Notes under the pieces: model-generated | What the model was told of the DNA's origin: nothing | Database searches by the model: none | What the model saw: only the letters and a program-made list of their open reading frames with translations | Part shown: positions 59,301 through 64,000 of the stretch, piece by piece | Layout of the letters: every line of letters starts with the position of its first letter | Numbering within the stretch: the first letter of the stretch is position 1 | Translations under genes and position numbers: made by a program | Source of the DNA: Auanema rhodensis | Taxonomy: Eukaryota > Animalia > Nematoda | DNA length: 64,000 bases | Assembly (NCBI GenBank): GCA_964057225.1 | Contig: CAXKVF010000086.1 | Location: 1-64,000, forward strand | Direction of reading: 5' to 3'

Positions 59301-61899
59301 TGTCCATATTAGTCTAAAAACAAATTTTTATTGATATTGGTTCATGGTAACCATGACTTTGAAATTTACGTGAACTTTAATTTATGCTAATTAAATGTAC
59401 ACGTGATGTGCACTTGGTATGTAACTCGCTTCACGTGAAAGATAAAGAGATGCGGTTTTCAAAATTAGATTCCCCATGTCCATATTAGTCTAAAAACAAA
59501 TTTTTATTTATATTGGTTCATGGTAACCATGACTTTGAAATTTACGTGAACTTTAATTTATGCTAATTAAATGTACACGTGATGTGCACTTGGTATGTAA
59601 CTCGCTTCACGTGAAAGATAAAGAGATGCGGTTTTCAAATTAGATTCCCCATGTCCATATTAGTCTAAAAACAAATTTTTATTGATATTGGTTCATGGTA
59701 ACCATGACTTTGAAATTTACGTGAACTTTAATTTATGCTAATTAAATGTACACGTGATGTGCACTTGGTATGTAACTCGCTTCACGTGAAAGATAAAGAG
59801 ATGCGGTTTTCAAAATTAGATTCCCCATGTCCATATTAGTCTAAAAACAAATTTTTATTGATATTGCTTCATGGTAACCATGACTTTGAAATTTACGTGA
59901 ACTTTAATTTATGCTAATTAAATGTACACGTGATGTGCACTTGGTATGTAACTCGCTTCACGTGAAAGATAAAGAGATGCGGTTTTCAAAATTAGATTCC
60001 CCATGTCCATATTAGTCTAAAAACAAATTTTTATTGATATTGGTTCATGGTAACCATGACTTTGAAATTTACGTGAACTTTAATTTATGCTAATTAAATG
60101 TACACGTGATGTGCACTTGGTATGTAACTCGCTTCACGTGAAAGATAAAGAGATGCGGTTTTCAAAATTAGATTCCCCATGTCCATATTAGTCTAAAAAC
60201 AAATTTTTATTGATATTGGTTCATGGTAACCATGACTTTGAAATTTACGTGAACTTTAATTTATGCTAATTAAATGTACACGTGATGTGCACTTGGTATG
60301 TAACTCGCTTCACGTGAAAGATAAAGAGATGCGGTTTTCAAAATTAGATTCCCCATGTCCATATTAGTCTAAAAACAAATTTTTATTTATATTGGTTCAT
60401 GGTAACCATGACTTTGAATTTACGTGAACTTTAATTTATGCTAATTAAATGTACACGTGATGTGCACTTGGTATGTAACTCGCTTCACGTGAAAGATAAA
60501 GAGATGCGGTTTTCAAAATTAGATTCCCCATGTCCATATTAGTCTAAAAACAAATTTTTATTGATATTGGTTCATGGTAACCATGACTTTGAAATTTACG
60601 TGAACTTTAATTTATGCTAATTAAATGTACACGTGATGTGCACTTGGTATGTAACTCGCTTCACGTGAAAGATAAAGAGATGCGGTTTTCAAAATTAGAT
60701 TCCCCATGTCCATATTAGTCTAAAAACAAATTTTTATTGATATTGCTTCATGGTAACCATGACTTTGAAATTTACGTGAACTTTAATTTATGCTAATTAA
60801 ATGTACACGTGATGTGCACTTGGTATGTAACTCGCTTCACGTGAAAGATAAAGAGATGCGGTTTTCAAATTAGATTCCCCATGTCCATATTAGTCTAAAA
60901 ACAAATTTTTATTGATATTGGTTCATGGTAACCATGACTTTGAAATTTACGTGAACTTTAATTTATGCTAATTAAATGTACACGTGATGTGCACTTGGTA
61001 TGTAACTCGCTTCACGTGAAAGATAAAGAGATGCGGTTTTTCAAAATTAGATTCCCCATGTCCATATTAGTCTAAAAACAAATTTTTATTGATATTGGTT
61101 CATGGTAACCATGACTTTGAAATTTACGTGAACTTTAATTTATGCTAATTAAATGTACACGTGATGTTGCACTTGGTATGTAACTCGCTTCACGTGAAAG
61201 ATAAAGAGATGCGGTTTTCAAAATTAGATTCCCCATGTCCATATTAGTCTAAAAACAAATTTTTATTGATATTGGTGCATGGTAACCATGACTTTGAAGT
61301 TTACGTGAACTTTAATTTATGCTAATTAAATGTACACGTGATGTGCACTTGGTATGTAACTCGCTTCACGTGAAAGATAAAGAGATGCGGTTTTCAAAAT
61401 TAGATTCCCCATGTCCATATTAGTCTAAAAACAAATTTTTATTGATATTGGTTCATGGTAACCATGACTTTGAAATTTACGTGAACTTTAATTTATGCTA
61501 ATTAAATGTACACGTGATGTGCACTTGGTATGTAACTCGCTTCACGTGAAAGATAAAGAGATGCGGTTTTCAAAATTAGATTCCCCATGTCCATATTAGT
61601 CTAAAACAAATTTTTATTGATATTGGTTCATGGTAACCATGACTTTGAAATTTACGTGAACTTTAATTTATGCTAATTAAATGTACACGTGATGTGCACT
61701 TGGTATGTAACTCGCTTCACGTGAAAGATAAAGAGATGCGGTTTTCAAAATTAGATTCCCCATGTCCATATTAGTCTGAAAACAAATTTTTATTGATATT
61801 GGTTCATGGTAACCATGACTTTGAAATTTACGTGAACTTTAATTTATGCTAATTAAATGTACACGTGATGTGCACTTGGTATGTAACTCGCTTCACGTG

Positions 61900-63620
61900 A
61901 AAGATAAAGAGATGCCGGTTTTCAAAATTAGATTCCCCATGTCCATATTAGTCTAAAAACAAATTTTTATTGATATTGCTTCATGGTAACCATGACTTTG
62001 AAGTTTACGTGAACTTTAATTTATGCTAATTAAATGTACACGTGATGTGCACTTGGTATGTAACTCGCTTCACGTGAAAGATAAAGAGATGCGGTTTTCA
62101 AAATTAGATTCCCCATGTCCATATTAGTCTAAAAACAAATTTTTATTGATATTGGTTCATGGTAACCATGACTTTGAAATTTACGTGAACTTTAATTTAT
62201 GCTAATTAAATGTACACGTGATGTGCACTTGGTATGTAACTCGCTTCACGTGAAAGATAAAGAGATGCGGTTTTCAAAATTAGATTCCCCATGTCCATAT
62301 TAGTCTAAGAACAAATTTTTATTGATATTGGTTCATGGTAACCATGACTTTGAAATTTACGTGAACTTTAATTTATGCTAATTAAATGTACACGTGATGT
62401 GCACTTGGTATGTAACTCGCTTCACGTGAAAGATAAAGAGATGCGGTTTTCAAAATTAGATTCCCCATGTCCATATTAGTCTAAAAACAAATTTTTATTG
62501 ATATTGCTTCATGGTAACCATGACTTTGAAGTTACGTGAACTTTAATTTATGCTAATTAAATGTACACGTGATGTGCACTTGGTATGTAACTCGCTTCAC
62601 GTGAAAGATAAAGAGATGCGGTTTTCAAAATTAGATTCCCCATGTCCATATTAGTCTAAAAACAAATTTTTATTGATATTGGTTCATGGTAACCATGACT
62701 TTGAAATTTACGTGAACTTTAATTTATGCTAATTAAATGTACACGTGATGTGCACTTGGTATGTAACTCGCTTCACGTGAAAGATAAAGAGATGCGGTTT
62801 TCAAAATTAGATTCCCATGTCCATATTAGTCTAAGAACAAATTTTTATTGATATTGGTCATGGTAACCATGACTTTGAAGTTTACGTGAACTTTAATTTA
62901 TGCTAATTAAATGTACACGTGATGTGCACTTGGTATGTAACTCGCTTCACGTGAAAGATAAAGAGATGCGGTTTTCAAAATTAGATTCCCCATGTCCATA
63001 TTAGTCTAAAAACAAATTTTTATTGATATTGCTTCATGGTAACCATGACTTTGAAGTTACGTGAACTTTAATTTATGCTAATTAAATGTACACGTGATGT
63101 GCACTTGGTATGTAACTCGCTTCACGTGAAAGATAAAGAGATGCGGTTTTCAAAATTAGATTCCCCATGTCCATATTAGTCTAAAAACAAATTTTTATTG
63201 ATATTGGTTCATGTAACCATGACTTTGAAATTTACGTGAACTTTAATTTATGCTAATTAAATGTACACGTGATGTGCACTTGGTATGTAACTCGCTTCAC
63301 GTGAAAGATAAAGAGATGCGGTTTTCAAAATTAGATTCCCATGTCCATATTAGTCTAAGAACAAATTTTTATTGATATTGGTTCATGGTAACCATGACTT
63401 TGAAATTTACGTGAACTTTAATTTATGCTAATTAAATGTACACGTGATGTGCACTTGGTATGTAACTCGCTTCACGTGAAAGATAAAGAGATGCGGTTTC
63501 AAAATTAGATTCCCCATGTCCATATTAGTCTAAAACAAATTTTATTGATATTGCTTCATGGTAACCATGACTTTGAAGTTTACGTGAACTTTAATTTATG
63601 CTAATTAAATGTACACGTGA
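61900..63620 (-). repeat. Local 3-monomer higher-order repeat, 3-4 copies
   Basis: The linked ATTGCTTCAT + TTGAAGTT monomer occurs at ~61979/62507/63032/63554, and TAAGAACAAA at ~62309/62836/63359, with spacing ~523-528 bp. Confidence 0.8.
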
Positions 63621-63787
63621 TGTGCACTTGGTATGTAACTCGCTTCACGTGAAAGATAAAGAGATGCGGTTTTCAAAATTAGATTCCCCATGTCCATATT
63701 AGTCTAAAAACAAATTTTATTGATATTGGTTCATGGTAACCATGACTTTGAAATTTACGTGAACTTTAATTTATGCTAATTAATGTA

Positions 63788-63826
63788 CACGTGATGTGCA
63801 CTTGGTACTGTAACTCGCTTCACGTG
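63788..63826. other. Strand-switch (fold-back inversion) junction with 7-bp TCACGTG microhomology
   Basis: The reverse monomer ...AACTCGCT-TCACGTG should continue AAAGATAAAG but instead continues TACATTTAATTAGC, which is the forward monomer. CACGTGA (63788-63794) and TCACGTG (63820-63826) are the innermost bases of long inverted arms around a 25-nt spacer. Confidence 0.93.
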
Positions 63827-64000
63827 TACATTTAATTAGCATAAATTAAAGTTCACGTAAATTTCAAAGTCATGGTTACCATGAACCAATATCAATAAAA
63901 ATTTGTTTTTAGACTAATATGGACATGGGGAATCTAATTTTGAAAACCGCATCTCTTTATCTTTCACGTGAAGCGAGTTTACATACCAAGTGCACATCAC
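63820..64000 (+). repeat. 176-bp satellite resuming forward orientation (about one monomer visible)
   Basis: TCACGTGTACATTTAATTAGCATAAATTAAAG... from 63820 is the forward monomer starting at monomer position 29. Confidence 0.97.

Larger units (their letters stand above)
48951..63826 (-). repeat. Same 176-bp satellite in reverse-complement orientation, ~84.5 monomers
   Basis: TAAAAACAAATTTTTATTGATATTGGTTCATGGTAACCATG... is the reverse complement of the forward monomer and repeats at ~176 bp up to the junction at 63820-63826. Homopolymer indels are frequent. Confidence 0.99.

Noticed and set aside
1-64000. CRISPR array or other repeat-spacer system
   Set aside because: The monomers are contiguous and near-identical, with no unique spacers and no cas or other genes.
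48951-64000. Frequent 1-bp homopolymer indels as real 175/177-bp monomer variants
   Set aside because: They are mostly sporadic, not shared between HOR copies or between the palindrome arms, and absent from the clean 3-34.8 kb region. This is typical of long-read error.

Overview
The whole 64 kb window is one AT-rich (~32% GC, 57/176 by hand count) tandem satellite with a 176-bp monomer. I found no supportable genes, RNA genes, transposons or CRISPR spacers. The three ORF-track entries only exist because they read through a 200-N assembly gap (48751-48950). Layout: ~277 forward monomers (1-48750), the gap, ~84.5 reverse-complement monomers with a different variant profile (48951-63826), then a gap-free switch back to forward orientation at a shared TCACGTG (63820-63826). 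That switch has the geometry of a fold-back inversion primed by the monomer's own internal inverted repeat. Rare SNVs show nested higher-order repeats: a 25-35-monomer block in four copies at 10-31 kb, plus local 3-, 6- and 7-mer duplications. A ~15 kb almost variant-free but indel-prone zone before the gap looks like consensus collapse. Monomer length, homogeneity, HORs and dense short dyads fit a eukaryotic centromeric or pericentromeric satellite, but that is inference and I do not recognise the family or species. All offsets were counted by eye.
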